From: Bugula neritina
Taxonomy: Eukaryota; Animalia; Bryozoa
Length of the DNA: 64,000 bases
Reading direction: 5' to 3'
NCBI GenBank assembly: GCA_964035545.1
Contig: OZ037765.1
Coordinates: 27,155,504-27,219,503 of the forward strand
Shown: positions 53,569 through 64,000 of the stretch, piece after piece
How the letters are laid out: each line of letters opens with the position of its first letter
Position numbering within the stretch: the first letter of the stretch is position 1
The notes under the pieces: model-generated
The model's database searches: none
Told to the model about the DNA's origin: nothing
Seen by the model: the letters and a program-made list of their open reading frames with translations, nothing else
Made by a program: the position numbers and the translations under genes

Positions 53569-56500
53569 ATATAATATAATATAATATAATATAATATAAT
53601 ATAATATAATATAATATAATATAATATAATATAATATAATATAATAAGGGCGACATGAGATCCATAGGTCGCACAGTCGCAGCTCTAACTCTTAATAAGA
53701 ATAAGCTTGATCTCGCAGCTCTTATATGTGTTTGCTACTGGAGAACCATCCTAATATTGTGAGCATAGCAACCCAACAAATAAATGGTGTACCACTTTAG
53801 AACACTTCAAAGTTCTGGATGAGTTTAAAACCCAAGATATCAGTGTACTATAAAAATTGATTTAAAGTGAAATATCTTTATCCAGGCCAAATTCCTACAC
53901 GCAGCAAGTTTTCAACTTTTGATCACCAGTAGAAATAGAAAGCATTAGTAGATAAAGCACCTTGTCTGTCTGTGACACACCCGGGTTTACCATCTTGTAT
54001 GAAAAACCAGCTGGCCACCACGCACCTTGACCCAAAATTAGCCACCCAAACTGACAAGAAAATTTCCAGTAAAAACTCGATTACTTTGCAGGAGTAATCT
54101 TACCTTTTCATCATAGCCTTGTGGACAATCGAACTGACCGTCACACATCTTCTCAGCGTCCACACATACCGAGTCGGCCCCGGGCTGACAGTGGAACTGG
54201 AACGGCTTACCACACTGTGACTTGCCAATGCAGTACTTCTCGTCTGAACCGTCCCAACAGTCTAAGTGGCCATCACACTTCTGTGTTATGTGCAGGCACT
54301 GAGTCCCCTCAAAACATTCAAATCGAGACCTACAAAATATTATTACAGAAAGTTGAAATCATTTCAAGAATTTGTTTGACAAGAGCAGACTGTAACAAGT
54401 AAGTAACTAAGTAACAAATAGACTGAGAGCAAAGACTAAGTAATAATCCATTAGTTACAATAACCCCTTGTAAATACAATGTATAATCTCTCAAAACACT
54501 AAACTCGTACTAGTGATGTGGAAAGCAAAAGGGTTGACCCCCTCTTATAAACTATTTCACAACCAGCACCAGATGAAATATATTATGAAATGATTGATAC
54601 CCTATGAGAAGGCTATAGAAAAAACTGCAGCATGTCATAAAACTCTCTGGGAAGTGTTATCACATAACAGTGTCTGTGCTAGAGCAGAGTACAGTGTCTG
54701 CTACAGAGCAAGGTACAGTGTCTGCTACAGAGCAGAGTACAGTGTCTGCTACAGAGCAAAGCACGGTGTCTGCTACAGAGCAGAGTACAGTGTCTGCCAG
54801 GGTTGGGGTCAATTACATGTGAATGTAATTAATTACAATTACAATTACATGATAATTTGTCAATTACAATTACAATTATAATTACAGTCAAATAGTAATG
54901 TAATTAATTACAATTACAATTACATGGCAATGTAATTAATTACAATTACAATTACTTTTGTTCTCACAAGAGATAAATAGAAGTTATGCAATTTCACTTC
55001 TAGGGTCCAACTAGCAGGGTCAATTTTGACAGTGCTGAACCTCCTTTGTACTCAACAGTGATACTATACCACATTGACAATTAATCTGAATTTGTTATTT
55101 AACAGTAGGCATGGTAGGAAAAGTATGAAACTTTTAGGATTTCAAAGTTTGAAGTAATTGACATGTAATTATAAAGTAATTGTGAAAATCAATTACATTA
55201 GATATGTAATTAATTACAATTACAATTACAATTACATTTTTATACATCAATTACAAATTACATTCAATTACTTGAAAAAATGTAATTAATTACAACCAAT
55301 AACAATTACAAATTACAATTACCCCAACCCTGGTGTCTGCTACAGAGCAAAGCACGGTGTCTGCTACAGAGCAAGGTACAGTGTCTGCTACAGAGCAAGG
55401 TACAGTGTCTATTACAGAGCAGGGTACAGTGTCTGCTACAGAGCAGAGTACGGTGTCTGCTACAGAGCAGGGTACAGTGTCTGCTACAGAGCAGGGTACA
55501 GGGGTGTAACTCACAGAGCATTGCAGTTAGAGAGGCAGGTTCTGCCATCAGTAGCCAGAGTGTACTCCTCGGGACAGGCACAAGTAGCCTGTACACCTGT
55601 CTTAAATGGTTTCAGTAGGCACAGGCTATGACAGTTTAGCTTCTCACATGGATTGTCTCCTTTTGTAGCTTGGTTTAGCTCATGCACCACACGCAGCTCT
55701 GTAAAAAATGCTTCATAAAATGTCTGAATAGATCATAATCAGAGAAGGGGAGAAAAATGCAAAATATTAAAAATTCAAAAACATCTAATATTAATTTTAC
55801 ACGTCACTGGAACAGTGAATATTGCTTATTCACTATCAAAAATGAAGCTCGAAATGATTTGCAATCATCGCCGTAACATGTAGGCTAACTTTTCACAAAC
55901 AAATAAATTTACAGAATTTATGTATTTTATTTTCTCGGTTATTTCACTCTTTCTTTCACAACTATAAACTCGGTTCAACTCTTAATTCAACTGCTAATAA
56001 AAAGTACAGCACATGTTTACCCATAGGTCTGTGTATAAGACTGGAAGTGAGTGTTTCCACAAAGCTCCCTGTGAGTTTATCTACTCTATAGACTTTCTTC
56101 TGGCTCCAGTCAGACCAGTAGAGTGAGTCCTCGAAGACAGCTAGAGAGAATATGTGATTAACACCAGTGCTCAGGATCATCTTCTTATTCTGGCCCTCCA
56201 AATCTGTCATAGCAATGTAGTTCAGCTTCGCGTCACCAAAGAACAGTCTATCTGCATACGTGTCCACAGCTAAAGCGTTTGGCCAACCTATTAAATTATA
56301 TAGTTGAATCTATGATGAGCTGAAAACAACGGCATGGAGGCTGGCAACCATTACTGTTTATTGCTTTGTTCAAAAAATATATCCATTTTGCAAGTCTTGT
56401 CAACAGTGAGAATACCCAATTCCCTTGTCTATAGGAATATTTAGACCAACCAAGGCCTGTCCATGCTAGAATAAGCAAAAAAATTCAGGCCCACCACAAA

Positions 56501-59500
56501 AGCTACTCATGATATCTTCATTAGAATGGCAGGTATAATATTATTACCATCATTAATGTTAAAGTGGCTAATAGCTACTAATATGTCACTTAATAGCAGG
56601 ATTCCTGAATGAAAGTTATTTAATGAACATTCCTCAATCCTTTGCCAACTGTGTAAAAGTTAGAACAAGGCAGTCAACTAACCAACATTGTCTTCTATGA
56701 TGCGTTTCTGTGAAGTGCCATCCATGTTAGCTCTGCCTATGTGCGCCCCTTGACCCCAGTCAGTGTAGAATAGATACCCCTTGGCAGGGTGCAGTTGCAG
56801 AGATCGAGGTTCGCTGATTCCCCTGAGTAGAACCTTGCGGTGTCTGCTGTCCAGTCTAGACACCTCTATAGTGTTGAGTACATTGTCACTCCAGTATATG
56901 TTCCTACCAATCCAGTCAACAGCCAAACCGTCTGGATGTTTGGTGGTCACGGAATGCAGCACCTGTAGAGAGACGAATACTGAAGGGCTCCAAATTTGTC
57001 ACCTCAAAAACACGAGGGAAATATGAAAACCATATACATGTCTCAATAAATTCAAGCCGTGTCTTGAGTGAACCAAACGCAAGTTGCTCCAGTAAAGCCA
57101 GCAGAAAAATAGCAGATAAAATATGACTCATAAAATACATGTGTAGACTATAAACTATATACTTGCATGTTATGCAAGATATGTCTCATTAGATCTAAAC
57201 TTCCAAATATTTTAATACCCAATTTCAGGCAAACTCTATTCCCTGGGTATTTACACTTACAAATATTTAAATTTTATGCACTGCTCCAGCGTATTTAAAT
57301 CTGAATATTGGACATAAATATATTCGATAACTTATATGAGATGTTTCCACAATTTAAACGAAGTTCACTTGGCTGAGGGTATTTGAAGAACTACCAAGTT
57401 TTACATCAATACAAATTCTGACATGAAGATCTAAAATTCCAGAGGACTGACCTCTATGTTTTCGCCATTGAAATCCATTCTAGAGATCTTCTGTTGCTCA
57501 GTGGTGACATCAGTCCAGTATATCTTCTGCTCCAACCAGTCGTAGTCGAGGCCAACTGCGTTCAGCAGGTTATGGGCCAACAGACTCTGAACAGACTTGT
57601 TCACATTTGAGTCAATCTGGAGAGACAACTTCCTGATGTAATAGCGATTAGCCACCAACAAGTACCCATCGGCTCCTGCAAAGCAGCAATCACACCATTT
57701 CACAGCTGGCAGCATTTACAACCTTAGAAAGTCTAATTAATACACAGCTACATTATATAAAGCTTTGGATTACTAGATTTTGAAATCTTCTAAGACCTAA
57801 TTAAACAAACAGCAACATCATTAAGATCGTATTTCGTGACAGTTCCTGCATCATTAGACAGCTTGATATCCACTAAACCTACTGAATATAAATTTACTAA
57901 TGCATCTAATAAACAGATTGCATTAGTATGTTTGCTCTCCAATAATGTACAATATATTTCTGCAGTAAGCATCCACATTTCAACAAAATGAGCAAATCTA
58001 GACTGCAAAAGAATTTCAATTTAATGAAGGCGAGCCACCATAAACCAACTAAGCCAACCAGGAGAATACAGACACACACTTATAAAGAGCAAATACACAT
58101 CTGAGTTGAGTAATTACTACATTACATAATGGCTACATTTATACCTTTAATAGCTCTGCATGTTCTCTTATCTTCCCTGAGTTGGTAGCCGGGAGCACAT
58201 CTGCAGAAATAGCTCCCATGTTCATTGACGCATGTCTGTGAGCAGGGAAACTGCTCTACACACTCATTGACATCTACACAAGTCCTGTTGTCAGAGCTCA
58301 TTGTAAACCCGGGTAAATAACAACCGCAATGAAATCCAATTTTCTCATCAATACAAAGTTGGCTACAGCCACCGTTCCCTTCATGGCATTCATTGAGAAC
58401 TGCAACAGTTGCAAAGCACATTTGCTAGCAGATAGAAACTAAAAATTTTAATGGAAACAAAAACGAATAAATAAATTGATTCTTTTTACAGTAGAAGTAA
58501 ACAACAAGAAAACAACACCCACAAACAATTGTATATTACTGTTACTGCAGTAGCTGGCAATGAATTAAACATTTATTTCACATATGCTTGCCTATCACAA
58601 CTTCAATAAGTCAAATCATATGTTTTTTTTATAAAAAAAAAAAAAACTATAATCAAGAAAAACAACATATAGTTATTAAATTAAGTGTATATACAGTAAC
58701 ATCTAGTTACTGTACTTATTACTACACCATTAATAATTAAACTATTACAACTCTACATGACAACTCTTTACAATCATAAATGCATGGATACTCACAGCAG
58801 CCTACTTCATCCATTAAGTCACAATCTGAAAATCCATCACAGAGTTTGGTTTCATTCAGGCATCCGCCATAAGGGCACTTCCACTGTCCTCTGGGGCACT
58901 CGTTGGCAAGACGGGGTGGACAGGTGGCAACACCTTCGTCACTTCCATCAACACAATCGGGCCAACCATCGCAGTGCGACGCCATCGGTATGCAATCACC
59001 ATTTTGGCAGACAAATTGGGTTTCCAAGTCACAGCTCGTGTATACTAGAAACAGTAGAAGTGCTTCATGAAACAAGTGAAACTAAAATTCCATAAGCGTT
59101 GAGAGGAATGCAATGTAACAGAGTGCAATACTACAATATTTTCTAGTTTCTGGCATGTCTCCACCACCAACATTACCAATATTCAAATATTAAATTCATG
59201 AAAATGCAGGCTGCCATAAAATGATTAGCTTTTTCCAACATTATAGCAAATTTTACAATTCACAATTTCACAGGGACTTTTAGAAAGTATTGCCCTTGGG
59301 TTTGATTATGTACTAAGATTGGCACCAAATTAACGGATGGGATGGCAAAAACAATGTTAATTTGATTGGAATTGCTCATAAAGCTATCTAATAGTGTAAA
59401 AAAATCAGCAATTTAAAACGCTTACAGTTTTAATGTATTGTAGCTAATGAACTTGTCAAAATGCAATAAAAGTTCACATTTGTGGATGCACACAAAATAT

Positions 59501-62500
59501 CTCTCTAGAAAGACAATTGTTCAACAAGCAAGAATGAAAGAAAGGGTGTAATGGTCAGAGCATTGGCCTAGTACAGCGCAGGCCATGGGTTCAAGTTGAG
59601 GTAGGGTCAATGGTGATGTCAGGAAGAGAATTCAGTCATAACTGCTCCTGTGCCACAGGCGAAGCTCTCAAACCATGATTGCAGCATAGTAAAAAACTGA
59701 TATCACCAGGGGTACTCCTAGAGATGGAGACTTTAATGCCGACGTGAGCTTATTAATTAAAAATGATAACAGTAATAATCACAATACTAGTGATACAATT
59801 GAACATTAAACTGAATAATATCCCATACCACAAGAACTTGGCTCATCGCTGTTATCTAGACAATCATTGGTTCGGTCACAGAAGAAATGGTATGGAATAC
59901 ACAAGCCATTACCACATAAGAACTCATTGTCTGGGCAATCGGGATGTTGACAGCCGAGTTGACTGCTCTCATCAGATCCGTCTACACAGTCCATCTCTCC
60001 GTCACACATGTAGTCTTTATTCACACAGAACTTTTTGTCCAGACACTCAAACTACGACAAAACGATTGTTTCGTTAAGGTCAAAGTTTGACAATATCTAT
60101 GAAAAAGAATTTTAATGTTCGCAGTAAATTTAGGCTGCATTAAACAGATTTCCGTGTGCGAAACTATATGTGTGGAAATCTGCTGTGGAAATTACCTGCC
60201 ACACACAATACATTGTCAGTGGGAGTGAATCTAGAGCGACTAATTGGGATTGTCAATGGTTTTACTGCCATGTGATAAATTACTTCATTTTAAAATTTTA
60301 CACGCAATTCTCAATAATAAAAATTGAAATAAAAAAATTGAAATAAAAATTTAAAACTGAAACACAAAATTTGGGCTTGCTAAATAGTGATTAGCCAATT
60401 AAAACTTTTCACATTATTCACTTTGACCATATGAAATCCACACAAAACACCCGGTTTCTCCGCTTGTGATGAAGTTTTCTCTTGCAGTTTGTGCAGAATT
60501 CCGCTTTATGTGGCAGCACTTATACTATTTGATTGCATACAATGCGCTAGTGCCATAATAATTCAAGTTAGACCACATTTCTATTGCAACATGTTCATTA
60601 GCAAATAATGAATGGCGCAGAGTGGATAACATGAGATGACACAGTAACTTACTTCTGCATCTGAACAGTTATGTGCTGGAACTAGTTCTGTGCAATCTAC
60701 TTCATCTGAACCATCGTGACAGTCGACTTCCGAGTCACATTTCCACTTCAGAGGTATGCATTCCCCATAGCTACACGTGAAGTCTGAGACTGGGCATGTC
60801 ACAGGGCCACACATCACCTCGTCGGACCCATCCAGGCAGTCCATCTCTCCTGCACACAATACGAGTACAACAGTCTCATGAGCACCATCTTGTATGAGTA
60901 AGCAAACAAACCAGTTAAATCTAGACTCCCAGCTGAAAACATCATGCATGAAGCCTCCTCATAATTTCAGTTGTCATCCAATCAAATCAACAGCAGTTTA
61001 TTCTAACATAGTCTTTAGGTTGAGGCATCAACCTAAAAACTTATAATGCTGTTTATAGACTATGAATAACATGTGGTTTATTCGGCTCACCATCGCATAT
61101 CCAGGCCCGCTGAATGCACTTGATGCCAGTCAAATCTTCACCTTGGCATTCAAACTCCGTGTCACTGGAACAGGTAGTCACCTGAACCAAACATTAAAAT
61201 CCTTCATAATATGATGGCAATTTTAAATGTAAAAATAGTACAAGTAAATTTACATAATTTGTTATTAATACGTTAGTAAAGATACACCACAACAGTAAAA
61301 ACCAGTGAGCAACAACCTTTAGGGAATGTAAGTATTTTTCATTTTGTTTTTAAATATTGCTATTGGAATGTCAATACAGAGAATAGAGCACAACTCCAAA
61401 CAATATGCATGTTTGGGAAAGTACAGTAGCACTAAATATATACAGATTATGAGTGAACAGCCTAATTGTTTGTATTCTGTAAGAATACCGTGTTGGATAG
61501 AGACGGACTCAAAAAATTTCAAATTTCCTAATATTTGGTGTACGCTTATAACAATGTTATCCTGCTAATGACAACATGCGAGTATAACCTTTTCACAATC
61601 TGCCTCATCGGAGTTGTCCCAACAATCATTGTGGCCGTCACATTTCCACTCCTCTAGTATGCACACAGGAGTTTGCTCACACTTCACGCCATTTCTATAT
61701 TCACCATAGAAAGGGTGCTCAAACACAGAGCAGTCAACAAATGATGACTGTGAAGAATTGCAATGGGGAGGCAACTCATCCGATTTATCCCAGCACTGAG
61801 GAATTCCTAAAATAGAGCAATATTACACTTGGCGTAAGTAGTGTCACACAAGAAGCTATCTCTAATAGCAACGTAAAATGCAGCAAATCTTTAAGATGAA
61901 ATTGTATACAGCTGTATTTCGAGATTGAATTGTTAAAAGATATCATAGAAGAAACCTTGAAGAGGAATAAAAATATTCTGTATTGAAAATACCTTGTAGA
62001 ACCTAAACATTTACACTATTGCAAGAAAGCTGGAAGCATGACCAAAAGTTTGCTGGCTACGTTTAAAACTAATCATATGTACTGAGCCCCTCAACAACAA
62101 AATCAAAGCTCGCCATCATTCACTTCAGAAAGCAAGAATATCTCTCCGTACACTTATAATAGATGGTCTGTATTACATAGGTAATGGCTTACTATCACAC
62201 AGGTTCACGAGTGGTATACATCTCTGCTTGTCACTGCACAGGAACTCAGTCTCATTGTCACAGGCTGTGATCTCATATTTACAATCAAACTCATCAGACA
62301 GATCGCCGCAATCATCTTTCTTATCACATGTCTTATTAGCGTGAATACATCTCTGGTTGCGGCAGGTGAAGAACTTAGGTTCAGGGCAAATTCTTGTAGC
62401 TGTTGAAAATAACACGGTGAGAGAAACAAGTTGGGGGAACAAAAAACCTGACAGTGGTAAAGCCATAATGCAGTTGGATATATGGCACTTGTGCAACTAT

Positions 62501-64000
62501 GTTACATCATTGTCTAATAAAAATAATATCATCAACTTTAAGTAATTACTTGAAATTACAGCAGATTGAAACATATTCTTGGAATTGATCTCACCAATTT
62601 AAACGGCTAAAATCGCAAGCACCTCCTAGTAAAATAATGTTACTAGTACCACAAAAATAAGGGTCTTCATCAGCGGGGAAGGTGTTCTCCGACTTGGGAA
62701 TGCAATGGTTAACTCCGTCACAGGTTAATTCCCAAGGAATGCAGTCCCCGTGACAGAGAAACTCCTCCTTGCATCCTTGAGCATTCAACAAGCATAAACT
62801 AGAGTTGAGAGGGTCGACAATGTAACCTTCAAAGCAACCGCAAGTATAACTCTCTCCATTCCCCAACACTGTACACGTCTGCTGGCAAGGGGAGCTGTAG
62901 CAGGGACTAGCGTGACCTGGAATATGCAACACGTTTTACTACTGGACCAACAATTTAACATCATAGACTCTAGTAACTTAACACTATAGACTCCAAGAAT
63001 GTTGGGGTTTAGAAGACTCCTGGTACATTGTATATATGAATTACAATGATAACTGACTAACTATAAATACTTGGTATTATATAATACAACTGTAACTATG
63101 TAGTTCAAAGTAAAAAAGGAAAATACTACTCTCTATAAAGTGCATGCATAGCGGCAGTGACTTACATTAACCTACAAGCAATTAATTTGACATACTAGTC
63201 AGGAATCAGGTCATAATTTAGGTTATAAATTTTGCCAAACACTTGATTGTAGGTCGAATTAAATAGTTATATTTTGTGTAGAACATATTAGAATACAGAG
63301 TTCAAGGCCAACAGTTAAAAGGAAAACAAATAACACACATGTTATGTTAGATGCTATGGCGATTCCCATCAGCTGTTGCGGAACTTTGGTGACCAGAGTT
63401 TGGTTGAGAGATCCAGACAACTTGTATGCTCTCCGCACAGACCTCTGCATCCAGTCTGTCCAGTAGAGGTAGTCACCGTGTATAGCCATAGCAAATATGT
63501 GTGGAGATACTTGCTGGTGAATAATCTAGAAAATTTCATATTCAGTTACTAGAGATACATCACAACAGCGCAACGCAATAAGTTACCAATAGTATTAGAG
63601 AAATGCAACTTTGCTATAAATAACTTTGCAGGTCAAGTAACTTGTGCCATACTCTCAGACTACCTTGCGGTCTTGACCCAGGAATCCACACATCTCAATC
63701 TTATCCAAGCTAGCATCAGCCCAGAAAATCTTTTCCATCTTATGGTCAATAGCCAAGCCGTTAGGAATAACTATGTCAGTTGTGATGATACTCGTGAACT
63801 TGGCGCCAGATGTCTCTGCTCGTTGGATGGATGGGTTACCTTCATTCCAGTTGGACCAAAATATATATCTACACAAAAAACACTACTTTTACTACATTTT
63901 CAACACCCAAGATTAAAAATAATAAATAATAAAATCTCACATCTAGAGATTGTTCCTACATTTTCCGCAATTTTTGCGATAATGACAGCAGCAGAGTAAT
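39827..64000 (-). CDS. LRP1: Low-density lipoprotein receptor-related protein 1-like, 3' half (5' part lies beyond the right edge)
   Basis: Domain order: YWTD propeller (63868-63339), EGF, 10 LDLa repeats (about 62780-58795), 2 EGF, YWTD propeller, EGF, 11 LDLa repeats (about 55530-49158), 2 EGF, YWTD propeller with furin site RKKR (47640-47629), about 10 EGF repeats, TM exon 41216-41126, and a tail with NPMY, NPLF and DERVLL. Stop at 39829-39827. The 10+11 cluster sizes and the furin position fit LRP1 rather than megalin. Confidence 0.93.
40090..40445. repeat. 30-bp minisatellite (TAATACTATAATACAA[T/C]ATTA[T/C]AATGTATA)n in the last LRP1 intron
   Basis: About 11 tandem units with a clear 30-bp period. 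Confidence 0.95.
40721..41080 (+). repeat. Pentamer satellite (TACTA/CACTA with variants TGCTA, TACTG, CACCA, CGCTA)
   Basis: About 70 pentamer units in the intron on the 3' side of the LRP1 TM exon. Confidence 0.97.
41446..42115 (-). repeat. The same pentamer satellite in opposite orientation (TAGTA/TAGTG with TAGCA, CAGTA, TGGTG/TGGTA, TTGTA)
   Basis: About 130 units in the intron on the 5' side of the LRP1 TM exon; reverse complement of the 40721-41080 array type. Confidence 0.97.
47917..48075. repeat. Diverged tandem duplication of about 88 bp in an LRP1 intron
   Basis: AAAACATTCTAACATA...TTTAGCATTAT...TTATATA occurs at about 47918 and about 48006. Confidence 0.7.
53518..53646. repeat. 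Compound microsatellite, (AT)~21 followed by (ATAAT)~17
   Basis: Read directly; it lies about 10 nt from the acceptor of LRP1 exon 53507-53360. Confidence 0.97.
54667..55507. repeat. 24-bp minisatellite (GTGTCTGCTACAGAGCAGAGTACA)n, split by a MITE
   Basis: About 5.5 units at 54667-54797 and about 7 units at 55333-55507. Confidence 0.95.
54798..55332. mobile_element. Non-autonomous hAT-superfamily DNA transposon (MITE), 535 bp
   Basis: Perfect 12-bp terminal inverted repeats CAGGGTTGGGGT...ACCCCAACCCTG, an 8-bp target-site duplication GTGTCTGC (54790-54797 and 55333-55340), subterminal AATTAC arrays at both ends, and no transposase ORF. Confidence 0.92.
59544..59745 (+). mobile_element. tRNA-derived SINE, copy 4 (LRP1 intron)
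   Basis: GGTGTAATGGTCAGAGC...CATGGGTTCAAG...TGATGTCAGGAAGAGAATTCAGTCATAACTGCTCCTGTGCCAC...GAGATGGAGACTTTAAT, homologous to copies 1-3. Confidence 0.75.

Noticed and set aside
54594-55596. Repeat-spacer-like pattern and the [15 protein letters not shown] ORFs
   Set aside because: The repeats are contiguous with no unique spacers, the context is eukaryotic and there are no cas genes. This is a minisatellite plus a MITE, not CRISPR and not coding.
60051-60082. Minus-strand CCTTAAC near an LRP1 acceptor, suggesting a third U12 intron
   Set aside because: The matching donor is GTAAGT (U2 type), so this is an ordinary branch point.

Overview
AT-rich, intron-dense animal genomic DNA with no prokaryotic features; it looks like an invertebrate, but the taxon cannot be fixed from the sequence. 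Seven spliced protein-coding genes can be reconstructed by hand: EXOSC1/CSL4 (-, runs off the left edge) head-to-head with FRA10AC1 (+), a two-exon leucine-rich-repeat gene (+), a three-exon Ly6/three-finger GPI-type gene (-), a TASK-type two-pore K+ channel (-), CCDC40 (-), and the 3' half of an LRP1-like receptor (-, enters from the right edge). EXOSC1 and most of the Ly6 gene are missed by the ORF track. Non-coding content includes two U12-type introns (one each in EXOSC1 and FRA10AC1), four copies of a tRNA-derived SINE, a 535-bp hAT-type MITE with an 8-bp target-site duplication, RFX X-box candidates and several mini/microsatellites. The strongest unexplained signal is a pair of complementary pentamer arrays in inverted orientation on either side of the LRP1 transmembrane exon. 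A second is a shared degenerate hexamer-repeat DNA type found next to the 5' ends of three genes. All gene identities come from my recognition of the translated sequence, not from database searches.
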